A stretch of DNA of 64,000 bases, taken from the NCBI RefSeq assembly GCF_036321535.1, contig NC_087437.1, positions 9,426,001 to 9,490,000 of the forward strand, read 5' to 3'. The notes under the pieces are model-generated. The model saw only the letters and a program-made list of their open reading frames with translations. It was not told the origin of the DNA and did no database searches. Position numbers and translations under genes: made by a program. The stretch's first letter is position 1. The number at the start of each line of letters is the position of its first letter. Positions 23,896-36,971 of this stretch are shown here, one piece after another. Source of the DNA: Camelus dromedarius (taxonomy: Eukaryota).

Positions 23896-24405
23896 TGTGG
23901 AACCAGCCTCCGAAATAGTCTCCAGGGATTCTTGTTTGCCAGGATTCACACTCTTTTGTAGTCCCTTCCCCTTTTGGATGGGACTGATCTGTGCCACTAA
24001 TTGGATGGTGTTGAAATGATCAAGTGTACATTTCAAGATGAGGTCACAAAATGCAAAGTGGCTTTTGTTTCTCTCTCTGGGATCCTCTCCTGAAGGGGGG
24101 GGGGTCTCCATGCTATGAGGACACTCAGTAAACCCTAGGAAGAGGTCCACGTGGCAAGGACCTGAGATTTCCAGACAACATCCAGCATCAACTTGCCACG
24201 CATGTGAGCAAGCCCATCTTGGCAGGGGACTCTTCAGCTTGGGTCAAGCTTTCAGATACCTGCAGCTACGACCAACATTTTTGACGAAACTCATGAAATA
24301 CCCCAAGTCACAACCACTTGAGAAACTCCCAAATTCTTGATCCACAGCAAATGGAAGAGACGATAAACATTTAAGCTTTTTTTAAGCTTCTAAGTTTGGG
24401 ATATC
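23896..24405 (+). mobile_element. MaLR LTR (MLT1F-like), with its final bases displaced to ~25015-25030 by an L1 insertion
   Basis: gaggtccacgtggcaaggacctgag...caacttgccacgcatgtgagc...cccaaattcttgatccacag...ttttaagcttctaagtttggg. Confidence 0.75.
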
Positions 24406-24422
24406 TATATATCTCTATGTAT

Positions 24423-25010
24423 CTCTTTCAAAAAGACACATGCACCCCAGTGTTCATAGCTGCACTATTTACAGTAGTTAAGACATGGAAACAACCTAAA
24501 TGTCTATCAACAGGTGACTGGATAAAGAAGCTGTGGTATATATATATACAATGGAATACTACTCCGCTGTTGCAAAGAATAAAATAATACCATTAACGGC
24601 AACATGGATGGACCTGCAGATTATCAGTCTAAGTGAAGTTAGCCAGAAAGAGAAAGAAAAATGATATCACTTATATGTGGAATCTTAAAAAAAAAAAAAG
24701 GCAAATCAGCTTATTTACAAAACAGAAACAGACTCAAATACATAGAGAACAAACTTACGGTTACCAGGGAGGGAAGCAGGTGGGAAGGGTTCAGTTGGGA
24801 GTTTGAGATTTGTAGATACTAACTAATACATATAAAATAGATAACAAGTTTATACTGTATAATACAGGGAACTATATTCAACATCTTGCAGTAGCTTATA
24901 GTGAAAAAGAATATGAAAATGAATATCTGTATGCTCATGTATGACTGAAGCATTATGCTGTACACCAGAAATTGTCACATTGTAAACTGACTATAGTTCA
25001 ATAAAATATT
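24423..25010 (+). mobile_element. Young L1: ORF2 C-terminus plus 3' UTR
   Basis: Translates QKDTCTPVFIAALFTVVKTWKQPKCLSTGDWIKKLWY (L1 ORF2 end); ends ttcaataaaa. Confidence 0.95.
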
Positions 25011-26065
25011 TATAAATACATAACTAATGCCTCATGGAACTGTATCACCTAGTAGGAACAAGGAAACTTCTGTACAAGAGTAACTAAAATGATGGCAATG
25101 TGATCTACAGCTCAGATGAGATAGACACAGATATAGGACCTTGGAGAGGGATGTATCCCTTTGGGTCTTGGTTTCTTAATACATGAAATGATGCTGTGAA
25201 AATGAGTGAGGGTCCCCGGGGTGAGACTCTATGGAGAGAGGTGGGGAAAGTACCACAACTGCACAGGGTGAGCCAGATGTCTCCTCGCAGAGAGTGTCTG
25301 AGACCTTGGAGGATTGCACAGTGTGCATTAACTGTCAAAGGAGTGCCTTCTACCTAGCTTCAGCTGACCATAAGCCATGAGGGAGTTCGAACCTAACGTT
25401 GGTTGCCAGATTCTTCCATTTCTTCCTCCAGCTTTACTTTCCATGACTAAAATTTTACCCACTTGATAAGTACTTTCATGTAACTTCAATTGGAAGCCAT
25501 GCAGTTTAGAAATGATGATTGAAACAGCATCTTCTTTTCCCCTTCATTTGCATGCCCTGACATCTTTAGGACTCCATCCAAGGATCTCTGCCATTGTGTT
25601 CAACTTTTCCATCTATTCTTCCCTTCCAGCCCTCTCTCTACCCTTCCTTCTCTATGTCACCAATCTAACTTCTACCTTCACTGACCAACATACGTTCCTC
25701 TCTGCCTGGGATCACCCTCTCCCCTCAGTCTACTGGGTCCTTCCTCACATGTTCTAAACTTATTGAAATTTTGCTCATCCTTTATTGCTTTTTATTGTTT
25801 GGTTGGTTGGTTTGGGTTTGGGCTTACAGGAGAGATTTATCTGAAGAAATATCATGGCATATGAAAGCCACATAAACTCTTAATCTTTACTTCTGTGGTG
25901 GCAAATTTGATATAATGCATAATAAAAATACTTTTAAAATCCAGAATACACAAAGTACTGCACAGTTTGATCACTTCTAATTCATTGGTTGACCAACAAA
26001 GATGATCTTCCTCTAGGATAATTGCCATGGTCATAATTAGTGACTACCTTTCTTGGGCCTCAAGA

Positions 26066-26213
26066 GTATATCTTGTAGTAACCTAGAATGAAAAAGAACA
26101 TGAAAATGAATATATGTATGTGTATATATGACTGAAACATGATGCTGTGCACCAGAAATTGACACAATGTTGTAAATTGACTATCATTTAAAAAAAAAAA
26201 AAAAGGAAAAAAA
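26066..26213 (+). mobile_element. Young L1 3' end
   Basis: tatcttgtagtaacc...gctgtgcaccagaaattgacacaatgttgtaaattgac plus A tail; aagagt on both flanks. Confidence 0.9.
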
Positions 26214-26329
26214 AGAGTCATGTTATTTATCCCTTGATAAAGTTACTAGGTGTGTCTTCCTGATTATAATGTGAAATCTCTTTTGGAAGAATTAATATGT
26301 CTCATTTATTTTATGGTCACTGAGCAGTT

Positions 26330-26747
26330 TTACAGGGCCTGCCTGCAAGGCCCCTCCCAGATCTCCCTAAAATGACAGTCTTTGCTCAGCTGCTGGGAGT
26401 GCTGTAGACAGAAGGCCTTCAGCTGCCAGCCCCTTTAGGTACTGCCTCAGCTGCTGGGAGCTGCATTGCTAAGGTTTCTGCCCCCGCCGTGGTGGACCAC
26501 ATCAATGATCAATGTGGAAAATAAAAGGCCTGGCCACTGTAGACCAACTTGGGACCATTTGGTCAAGTTGGACCATTTAAGCTTTAGAGCACCTAAAGTT
26601 GCCTTTGGACCTGCATCACAGCTCAACTTCTTTCCCTCCCCAGTCCCTTTCCTCTTGTCCCGGCCACAGTGCCACCCCAGAGTGCTCCCAAATAATATCC
26701 TGCATGCTAACCATCCTTATCTGTTTCCCAGATCCCATCCTGTGACA
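26330..26747 (+). mobile_element. ERVL solo LTR (LTR16-like)
   Basis: cagctgctgggagtgctg...ttcagctgccagccccttt...atcctgcatgctaac...cctgtgaca. Confidence 0.7.
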
Positions 26748-29700
26748 CTGCCATGGAGGAGGAACTCAGTAAATACTTGGTGGCATAAAGTTAGGTCCCA
26801 AATACCTATAGGCAAGCAAGACTAATTTCCCAAAGGACAGAGAACGCTTACTCTCCAAGAAATTGCTGGATAATTGAGAAAGAAAGCCCACCTTTCCTCT
26901 AGAGACTTGTTGATCTGGGAATGAATGTGAAGAAAGGAAAGCCCAGAATTTAAATGGATGCTCTGGTCCATGTACTCTGAGTAACAGTGATGGCTCAGAG
27001 CTGTCAGGTCTGTGGGGGGATATTCAATCATGACGTTCTCCTCTTTCTCTTCAGCAAAGGTAATCACTCAGCATTTTATCTTTTCTAGAAGGTGTCATTA
27101 CTTTGAAAAGACAATAAGAGTCTCACAAGGGTTTCTATGTAGTGGAAATTTTTCTCTTCATCTTCAAGGAAAAACAAACAAACAAAAAACAGAGGAGAAA
27201 AAGACCCTAATGAATTTGAGCATGATGAAATGTAATAACTTTCAGGAACTTCCATAACTTTGAAGTATACAATTTCTTGGGGAATCCTTTTAAATTGAGC
27301 CATTTATCATATTCTTTAGTATCTAAACTGTATCTCACATGTCTTTTAAAATTGCATGGCTTTAGTTAAATAACCAGACCATTCTTTCTGGAAGGGAAGA
27401 AACAAAAACAAAAACAAAAAAATAATTCACCTTAGAAAAACCTGTGAGGCAGAAATGCGTGTGGAGAGTCAGTCTTAAAGAAACTGCCAACAACAAGGCC
27501 CTCTTGGCCTCTGATGGGAGGAAAAGTGGGCAGCCAGGGAGGTTAGAGAATGTGACATCTAAGTTGAAGAGTGCGGATGATTTCAAATTAGATAAAAATA
27601 AAGGACAGGTGTCCCAGTCATTGTTAACAGCATGTTCAAAGGCCCAGAAGGGAGAGGAGCCTGAGGACAGAGCTAAGAGAGGAATGAGGAAAGGCAGGTG
27701 GCACGGAGGCAGTCGTGAATCCGCAACAAGAATTTGGAAACTCACAAAGGGTTTACTCAGGGATGTGATGGACCGTATGGTTATGAACTAGAATTGTTAA
27801 CTACTAAGTATTCCGTGGACATCAAGCACTCATACCACCATGTGATCGAGATAAGTATACACAGTAAGGCTGCAAATCTCCGGCATAAGCCCCATGTTTC
27901 TTTGCTCAGGCTTTCTTGTCTACCTGTCGTCCAATGAAACACAGTGGCCAAAGGAAAAAAAGAAAGAAAAAGAGATGTTTTGCATAGCTGGGCTTGTCTA
28001 GCTGGGAATCACCAGTTCAACCAGTTTCAAGGTAAGTCCACTTTTTTTAGCTGTCATGGGAGCTGAGCCTTGAACACAATTGCTTGTTTGATGACTGGCC
28101 CAGATTAGTCTTCAAATGATGGAGTCCGTGGGCTGGCTGGATTGGAGTCTGTGTCACATAATTCTATACACATGTAATGCATATGTGTGCATGTGATTCA
28201 TGGAAGAAAATGGGAAAATGACACTTGGAAGCATATACCATAAGATTTTACGTTTACATGCAAGTTGTAGTATCATTTGACATTTCTGGCTCATGAGTCC
28301 GATTTTTAAAATTGTTTTCTTCTCTCTTGCTGACAGATTTCTCAAATAACATCTCATACATTATGGGTGGCCTGGCTTTTGGAGATCCTCAAGCATGAAA
28401 GAGTACTCTGAGGTGGCCATTACCCAGAGTTGCCTCAGGGAAATAAAGTCCTACGTATTTGCAGCGGCCAGGAATGTCTCATTTCTTCTATAAAGTTTCG
28501 AAAGTGAGTGACTTTCTAATCATGATAGCATTTTCAAAAATAAATAAGCATTTTTTTCTGAAAAATAAAGGCAGTCCTCTCCCAAATGTTACAGATGGAG
28601 AGGACTCCCAGGCTCTGTCTATGTCATGCGAGTAGGTGAGATTTCACTGTCTTACTTCCCTAGAAATATAAGCCTGGCATCAATCTTGATAGGAAATAGA
28701 GGGAACTTAGACATATTTCAGGATGGCTGCCAAGCCATCCTCCTCGCTGGGGAAATTCCTTTTCCATATGAAATAGGCAGGGCTTCATCACCCCTGGACA
28801 TGACCGATTTGATAAGGGTGGCCTTTGAAGAGGATTTTCTGAGACCTATGACTTGGATGGCCCAGCTTGAAAAGATGAACTGAGACTATTACGTTTGTTC
28901 TTGAAAACGGACATTAAGAGACAGAGAATGAACTTGTCAATGGGTGATGAGCCCTGGAACTAGGAGGTCATACAAACTCAGGTCTTATGGATTCCCCTGC
29001 AAGATGGATAAGCACAGAAAGGTAGAAAAGAGAGGAAGAGACAGACAGAAAGAGAGATGGATGCTGGATGGAAAAGGAGACATGTTCTTATAGGCAGTCA
29101 GTGATTTCTTAGTCAATGATTTTTTTTCAAATGCACCTTTCCAATAATTTCATCCCCCCTCCCCATTGCCAGAGGCAACTATAATAAGACTCTATTCGTC
29201 CAGTAGTAATGTCTTCTATTACTCCCTTAATTAATTGGAAGCAATTCCGTAGGCCGAAACTAGGAGGCGTCATGATCAGGTACTGTACCCACACCTTTTG
29301 AAGTCTCCTAAGGAAGACAACACAAGATGGCAGCGTTGGGAAGCCACAGTCATGGTTGGGGACGGTTGGGCGTAATCAGGGGTGCTCAGGAAGTCAACCA
29401 AAAGTAGTTATGGAATGATCATGATGGTTTCTAGAAGGAATGACAATGTCTTCTAGGTCTCCAGATCAAAGAGCTCTTCTCTTCCAACCTCTACTTTCCA
29501 CTAACATTGTGAACAATAAGAGTAAATTTTTTGACTCCTAATGTTGATACGTAGCCTGTTTTGCTGACATTTTTATGCAGTGCTTTTCCTGATAATCAAA
29601 CCTCGTTTCTTACTATAGTAAAGCAGAACACTGAATTCTGTCAACGAGATCATTTCCTACCTGCTACGGATGTGTGACATGCTTATCGAAGTGTCAGAAC

Positions 29701-30609
29701 CCCAAATCATAGCTTTGACCCATGTCCTGAGGTGTGGTTGGCACACCTTGTAAGAGATGAGTTTGTGTTCTGGGGAAGAGTAAGATGGTGGCATGTTATT
29801 GGCCACAAGTAACACAGAGTCACCCATTCTCTCCTTTATCCCAATCTCTGGTAGTTCACAATAGGTCTGCCATTAAGATGCAGATCTCAGGGGAGATATT
29901 TCAGGAGAACAGAGAACGTTTATTAAACCACTGTGGTTTAGTGGAAGTCAGTTAGAGGAAGAAGAATAATGGGGAAATAAGTAATAAGGACAAGATGAGT
30001 AACTCATACTAGATGACATTTAAAAGAAGGTATATTGAATGGAGTGAAGGTAGAATGGAAGGATGTCATGAGGGAGAAGGTGGGATAAAGTATTGGAGAT
30101 CCTTGGAGTCAAGAGCACATAGTTAAAATTGTATTTCCTAGAAAAATTGTTTGTAGTTGAACCTATGTACTTGAAAGGATTTGTGACCATGCGGTAAAGA
30201 GGACAGCCAGATGAGGTTCCGTTAATATAAATCTTACCTAATCCGATACTTGATTCAAGTTGTGGGCTCCATGACCACATTTAATATAGCTGTCAAATAA
30301 AAGATCTTTTCAAAGCCAAATTTTTTCTTTCTGTTCATGAAACGTGGCTTAAAAGCATATGTACAAACACCCCCACCACACACACACATATGGATACCCC
30401 AGCTATTTCTGTCTGAGCCTAAACTGAAACAGAATTTGGGAGAAAATATTATCAATTGAGAGCCTTACAGAAATCACAGTTCTTAGAGAAATATCAGGAC
30501 ACTGTGAGACAGCCCCCTTTAAACAGGACTGAAGCTACACGTTTCTTAGGTTTGTATAAGTATCCTACAAAATATATGTCTCTTTTTAGCTCAGCTTCAT
30601 CTTGTGTAT

Positions 30610-30890
30610 GACAAATTTCACACGTTCTTTACCGCCGAGCTCAGACATCACTTCGTCCAGAGCGTTTCTCGACTCTGCTGATGAACGCCCCCCGTGTCTC
30701 CTCCCTACACTCTCCTTGGTGATAGTGCATGCTTTGTACCAGCCTGGACACTTGCCTGATCTTTCACAAACCTGTAAGACCCCTGAAGGCAGATGCCATG
30801 GCAAATTCACCACCGTATCTCCAGGCCCTAGTGTGTGGTTCACGGTAAGTACTTAATACATACTTGTTAAATGAATGGATGGATGTGTGG
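30610..30890 (+). mobile_element. L2 3' end
   Basis: ctgtaagacccctgaaggcaga...taagtacttaatacatacttgttaaatgaatggatgg. Confidence 0.7.
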
Positions 30891-31879
30891 AGGGAAGGAT
30901 GGTGATTGGAGAAAGAGTTGGGGTGAAGTGTGGGTCAGGAGGAGAGAGACAGACAGAAAGAGGAGGAAGAAAGGATTATACACTGCGATGTGAGGATATG
31001 ATGTGATAGTTGTAGATATTTGTATAACAGGCAGATGTGGCCTTTCTTTTGGAACATTTTAGTAATTAAAGAAGTGGACTCTCTTTATAATGCTATGTTA
31101 AAGTGCATAAGTGTATATGCTATTTTTATATTACTGTGAGCACCCATTGCATAGCTGATGGACTAGCCCCTTACCATAAGTTCTAGCCAACAAGTAAAAG
31201 AATACTTAAAATTTTTACATGATTACAATTTGTTCTAATTATCCGCCTAAGTACATTCTAAGCATGAGAGAATTATACGAATGTGTACTTGTCTCTCATA
31301 CAGAGAGACAGTGTATACAGTGTATACAGAGAGACAGTACATACAGCGTACTTGTACATACAGCAAGGCTGTATGTAATAATGGGTATTAGAGGCAAATG
31401 TCTTAGTGGGACATGGAGACAGAGGCATGCTATGCACGAGAGAACCCCCAGGGCCATTCATGCCATATAACCCATGCCTGCCTTCTGGTTATAGGCACAG
31501 ATGAAGGATCTTCTTGAAGATAGTGTCAGGACCCATTTTATAACCAGATTTGAGCATTTAGAAAAGAGGGTTATACTATAATGAAATATACAAAAAAAAA
31601 AAAAAAGGAAGTTGATAGCAAGAACTTGTTCTTATACTAAACTACGACATATTTTTCTTGCTAGCTTCTATTTCCTCTTTATCTCTATTTCAAGCAGAAT
31701 CAAATGACCACTAACAGGTTTGCCGTAAAGGGCAAGGTTACTTTATGGGATGAAACTCTAAAGAAAGTCTTCCTTGACTACCCTTTTCCCAAGGAAGAAA
31801 TAGGGCCTTGTATCTTTCTCCATCAATTTCAACCCAAGCTCAGTTACCTTGACTCTTTGATCACAGTGTGTGGTACATC

Positions 31880-32045
31880 TTTGCTTTGGTGCCCCCCCTT
31901 CACAGGACTGTGCATCCCCCGAGGGCAGAGTTTTTGTCTCTGTGTTTATCTGCACTCCTGGCTCCCACAGTAGTGTCAACAGTCAGTTTGCAACAGATGT
32001 TTGCTAGATGAGTGAACCAACATACGTAGGAAGGAGGGAACGAAT
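31880..32045 (+). mobile_element. L2 3' end
   Basis: actgtgcatccccgagggcagagtttttgtc...atgtttgctagatgagtgaa. Confidence 0.6.
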
Positions 32046-32828
32046 GAACACAAGATGGAGAAGAGGCACCACTGACCGTGAGACAGGGCATCTGTATGTT
32101 TCTGCTGGTGAATCTCTGGGAAAGATGGTAAAGACGTATTTGGGGATAGAATTCTGCCATGAGACGTTGTTGGGCTGTTGTTTTGCTTTGTTTATACTAA
32201 AAATAGTAATTTATCATCTTAAGACAGGAAACCTCTTCTTCAAATGACCGAGCGGCTACTGTTCCCTGAGACATTCTCCATTTCCTAATACTTCGTCTGT
32301 GGACCAGAACTATCAGATAGCTTGTTGTTCTTGGGAAACACATCATCAGGGCAAAGGGAGACGGGAAGACCTAACGGTTCATCCAGTCTCCCGGGAGGTC
32401 CTCAGCAAAACTCCCGGCTTATGCCCCTGATGTCTATGTCATCACAATTTACAGTCCCACTCATCTGGACAGTGCTGGACAGATACTGACAAATTTGAGG
32501 CCCTTATCTATTATTATTTGACTTACGAAAGTCCTACAAATCGCTTTATTCCTAAATCTGGCTTTATAGTGTTCGGGTGTAGAGATTCTATATATCTCAA
32601 TTAAGGTGGTGATCTCATGGATACCTTAGCCAGACTAATCAAACTTCAGCCTTAAGAATTGTGTTTTTTATTAAACATAAGTCATATTCCAAAAAAAAAA
32701 AAAAAAAGAGAAATGGAAAAAAATGCTAAGCACACCCATATGCACAAGAAAAAATTGGATTGAGTAAACATAAGATTGAAAGTTGGAGTTAGATGTGTGC
32801 TATGGTTAGAAATAAAAAATCAGAATGA

Positions 32829-32985
32829 GGGGGCAGGGCATAGCTCAGCAGTAGAGTGCATGCTTAAAGTTCCTTGATTCAATCCTCAGTACCTCCATTA
32901 AATAAACAAACAAACAAACAAGCAAACCTAATTACCTCCTCCTTTAAAAAATTAAAACATTTTAAAAGGGAAATCTCATTAAAAA
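32829..32985 (+). mobile_element. Camelid tRNA-derived SINE (Vic-1 type)
   Basis: ggggcagggcatagctcagcagtagagtgcatgctta...ttcaatcctcagtacctccattaaataa...aaacctaattacctcc. A/B-box-like head; approximate TSD aaaaat(c/g)a(g/a)aatga. Confidence 0.9.
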
Positions 32986-33094
32986 AAATGAAAATGAATC
33001 TTAAATTTCTAACAGACTTGAACCAAGCTTGTTACAGCAGCAGGGACAGTGGGCCCCTCCAGCTTCAGCAAAAAGAGCATGCCTCTGGAGCAAT

Positions 33095-33265
33095 CCCGAC
33101 CTAGGATTCCATCCAAGCATTGCCACTCAGCAGCTGGGCGAGCCCGTGAAAGTTACTTAACCTTCTGAGATTCCATTTCATCATCTGTAAAACAGAGCTA
33201 ATAATGTCCACTTTGCTTTGTGGTTCTGAACATTTGGCTCACATAGGTTCTTCATAAATAGCCAC
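33095..33265 (+). mobile_element. MIR SINE
   Basis: aagttacttaaccttctgagattccatttcatcatctgtaaaacagagctaataat. Confidence 0.75.
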
Positions 33266-33830
33266 CCATCATCTTAATAACATAATGTTAGTTCCTGTAA
33301 ATTTAAAATAGTCACATTAGCATTAAAAAGAAATTTACTACTTTCTTTCATGCCTGGTGACTTCAGGCTTCCCTAGTCTTCTCCTCCCTGACGTCAGTTT
33401 CTCTGTTAACAACAGGGGTCAGAAAGAAAAGGGAAGCCACTGGAAACCTCCGAGGGAAGTGGGAAAGGGGAACTAGGGAATAGCATCTCCACTCCCTGGC
33501 GTCACAAAGCCCAGAGGCTCACAAGAAAGAAACAGCAGTTCCCAGGAAGGATATTATGGTAGGTGCAGAGACGGAGAGGACGGATTGATTTGGAAATAGT
33601 GAAGAGCTTTTGCTGCCTAACTGGGTAGATGATAGCGGGTGGTGGGGGTTTTAATGAGGGAGTGGATATGATTAAGATGCGGTGGATTCAGGATTGTGAC
33701 TTTTCCAGTTCAGTGCTTGTCATTGATAAGGGCACTTGGGGGAAATTTGAAGATGCCCAGTTGGCGGGGAGAGTTAACAGTCTTATTTAACTGACATAGA
33801 CAGTTGAACAAAGGATCGGGAACTGAGGGG

Positions 33831-34000
33831 CCAGTGGTATGCTGGGAAATGTTTGACTCTCCAGGGAAACAAAGCCCTGATGTGCAGCATTAACCAATCT
33901 CCATGGTTTAAATACTCCTGCCAAGACACCGATTTCATGGCATATTACGACCAACGTAGCTTCGGAAGAGACGTGCACCGTTGGCTCTTGCAAGGGGAGT
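33831..34000. mobile_element. MER63A-like hAT element
   Basis: ccagtggtatgctgggaaatgttt...aaagccctgat...taaatactcc...ggaagagacgtgcaccgttggctcttgc. Confidence 0.7.
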
Positions 34001-34689
34001 GCAAGTCAGTTGCATCACATTAGGGGTGATTCAAGAAACAGGAAATAGCCAAAAGTGTAAGGCGTTCATAGAAAGTTGAGTGAATTCCTCTGGCTAAGGG
34101 ATGGGTTTTGCATATCATTTACTTCTGTTTCACTTGTGTTTCCTTCTATAATAACTCTTTCATATAGGGTTGCTTAGTATTTGCAGGAAGACTTGGCACT
34201 GGTTCCTTACATCAGCATAGAGCATTCATTGTTGGCACCTGCAACACCTGTTACTTCCAAGGTCATCTGAAGGTTAAGGTAAACCAAAACTGCTTCTTTC
34301 TACTTAAAAAAAAACAGGAGGGAGGAGGGCATGCAAAGAGGGCGGTGGAAATTGATTTCATGACTCTGTTATCTCTAAGATGGTCTATACCCACAATGAA
34401 CCTATTTGCGCCTACTTGAAGTTGGCACTGCAGGCTGTCACCTTCAGCAATGGGACCTTGTATGTTATCTTATTTCCAAGGTTAAATCTTCTATAAGTTT
34501 ATCATGACAGTTTTGGTTATGTGTGCATTTTCTCCGTGTTTGCTGCCTCATTATTTCCAGAAATCAAATTTTTATACTGAAATACTTAAGGTTCTTAATG
34601 CCAGAGGAATTATTGATACAGGGATGTGATTCTAGAGTACATTTTTGGATTATCTAAGCTAAAAATAGTATACACCTCTTTCTAGAGTG

Positions 34690-35530
34690 CATGTTAAAAA
34701 ACAGCACTTTTCACTAATTATAAAATTTTGACATGCTCCTATTGAAGAATTTGAAAAATTCAGAAAAAGGTAAAGAAGAGAAGAAGTACCCATAATCCAT
34801 ACACAAATATTATTAATAGTCCCTTTCAGTCAACTGTGTAGCTTATATTCACAATAGCATATATTGTGTATGTACTAAGTATTTTATAGTACTTCTTTGT
34901 ATTCTGAAATTTTGGTTAATAATATATTAATCAACATCTTTCCCCGTCATGAAGATTCTGCAAAATATAATCTTCATTGTTGCACAATACCCTCCATTAG
35001 GAGTGTGCATACGTATTTAAATAGTCTTCTCTTTTTGGACAGTTAGATGGTTTCCAACTTTTCATTATTATAAATGGAATGGCAATGGCAAATCCTCTTC
35101 CATCAGTTTTTGTGCTTATTTCTCATTGTTTCCTTAAATAAAGTCCTCTCGATGTAATTCGTGTGTTAAGTGGTAAAATTGCATCAGAGAGCTTTGGTAC
35201 GTAGTGTTCAGCTGTGTTCTCAACAGATTGTGCTGATTTATAATCACATCAGCACTGTACGTGAGTGTTTATTTTCACTCCTCCATCACCAGTTTTGACT
35301 ATTATCCTTAAACAAGGGAATATATGTGTGTGTGTTTGCATCTATGTGTATGTGTGTATCCCATCAGATCAACAATAACTGGCATTTCATTGTTATTTCC
35401 CTTTGTTTTTCTTTTATGAAGAGAGGTTAATGTTTTCTATGGGAAAAAAGTGTGTGTGTGCGTGTGTGTACAAATTTCGCTTCTTATTATCCCTTGCTGT
35501 TTTTTCTATTGATGTTTATCATTTTACCTC
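34690..35530 (-). mobile_element. Ancient L1 (L1ME-like) 3' region
   Basis: ttggacagttagatggtttccaacttttcattattataaat...catcagcactgtacgtgagtg. Confidence 0.65.
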
Positions 35531-36504
35531 ACCCAAGGAATTTGATGTAATTTATAGGTAACTGAAATCACAAGCTTTATTGGAGCTTCTGGAAATGTAA
35601 TTTCTAAATGGAGCATCAGCAATGACCATAAAAGGGAAAGTAAAGCTAAATTATGAAAATGATATTGACAAATCATAATTATACAAAGCAAAAAGAAACA
35701 TTATCTCTTACAGCTATTAGAATTCTAGGAGAAAGACATATGGGCAGATACTGAAGGTTTTTCCTTCCGTCCATGAATGCAGTTGGATTTTAGCGTGAAG
35801 ACCAGATTCAAGAGGGTTTCCAGTTCCCTCCCCATCACTGCTGAGCAGAGCTGTGGAGGAATCCTTGCAAACAATTGCTGTGAGCTTTAGATATGGTTTT
35901 CTATTCTCCCGTGGCCCCCAAACATGCTACTTCCTTAGTCTTTTCACCACATGGGATCATGTTGCCAATAATGTCTCTGGGATAAATTTGAATTCATCAG
36001 GCTTGAATTTAATTACATTATGTAAACTAGGAAATGTCCCCAGTAGGCTTTGAGGGAATAGCTTCTGCATGCAATTGCAACATCCTGTTTTGTTTAAAAT
36101 ATTTGCATTTTGATAAATCCACGCTGACTCCAAACCCCTTTTTGATCTTTGTCAGGAACTCATTTTCATCACCTCGGCCTGAATTTACTTTCCTTCGTTA
36201 ACAAATATTTGCAAAATTTGCGTAAGTGACTTCCCTCTAGTCCCCATCCTCCCCACATGCCTCTCTCTCTACTCTGATTGGGGCAGGATGGTGAGAGGAG
36301 GTGGACAAAGCTTCATTTGTGTGGGTTATCCCAGCAACACGAAAGCTGACACCTATCAGTCCACTTCTGAATAGACAGTATTCTCAGCACAGGGAAGACA
36401 GGCTTTCCAAATGATCAAACAGGGAGAGAAGAATCATTGGAAAATTTCTTGAACTCCATACTTAGGTTCATTATGGCATCTATGAAGTAGCCCATACAGA
36501 TCCC

Positions 36505-36971
36505 CCATTGTAGATTGCATCATTGGCTCCCAACTTTTATCTTTTCCCATATCCGTACCCTTTGCCATCTAACTATGTTGTTCCTCCCTCTAATAGGCAT
36601 ATTAACTTTCAGCCCCTGCCTTTTATTGGGCTGGGCTTCGTGATCAGTTTCCATTAATAGAATGTGAAGTGAGCCATTTTGGGAGCCTAGCTCTCTCTTA
36701 CGCTTTTCACGATGAGAAAAACCTACCCTGGCAAGTCTGCTGGTGAAAGAGAATTAGAGAGATCTAAAACAGAGATGACTCAGTGGGTTTAACACCCATA
36801 CCAAGAAGCGGAGATGCCCAGCAAAAACAACTGGAAGCCAACAAGTCCAGCTGAGCCAAGCCTAGGTTAGCTGAACCCCAGCTGGTTGGCAGCGTGTGTC
36901 CAAGAATAAAGATAATAAGTCATTGCTGTTTGAAGTCAACAGGATGGTTTGTTAACAAATGAATAAAATAC
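36505..36971 (+). mobile_element. MaLR LTR (MLT1H/I/J-like)
   Basis: cccatatccgtaccctttgccat...cagctgagccaagcctaggttagctgaaccccagctg...attgctgtttgaagtc...tggtttgtta. Confidence 0.7.

Noticed and set aside
31297..31364. Repeated atacag/gagacag motifs
   Set aside because: Short degenerate slippage repeat with no further structure.
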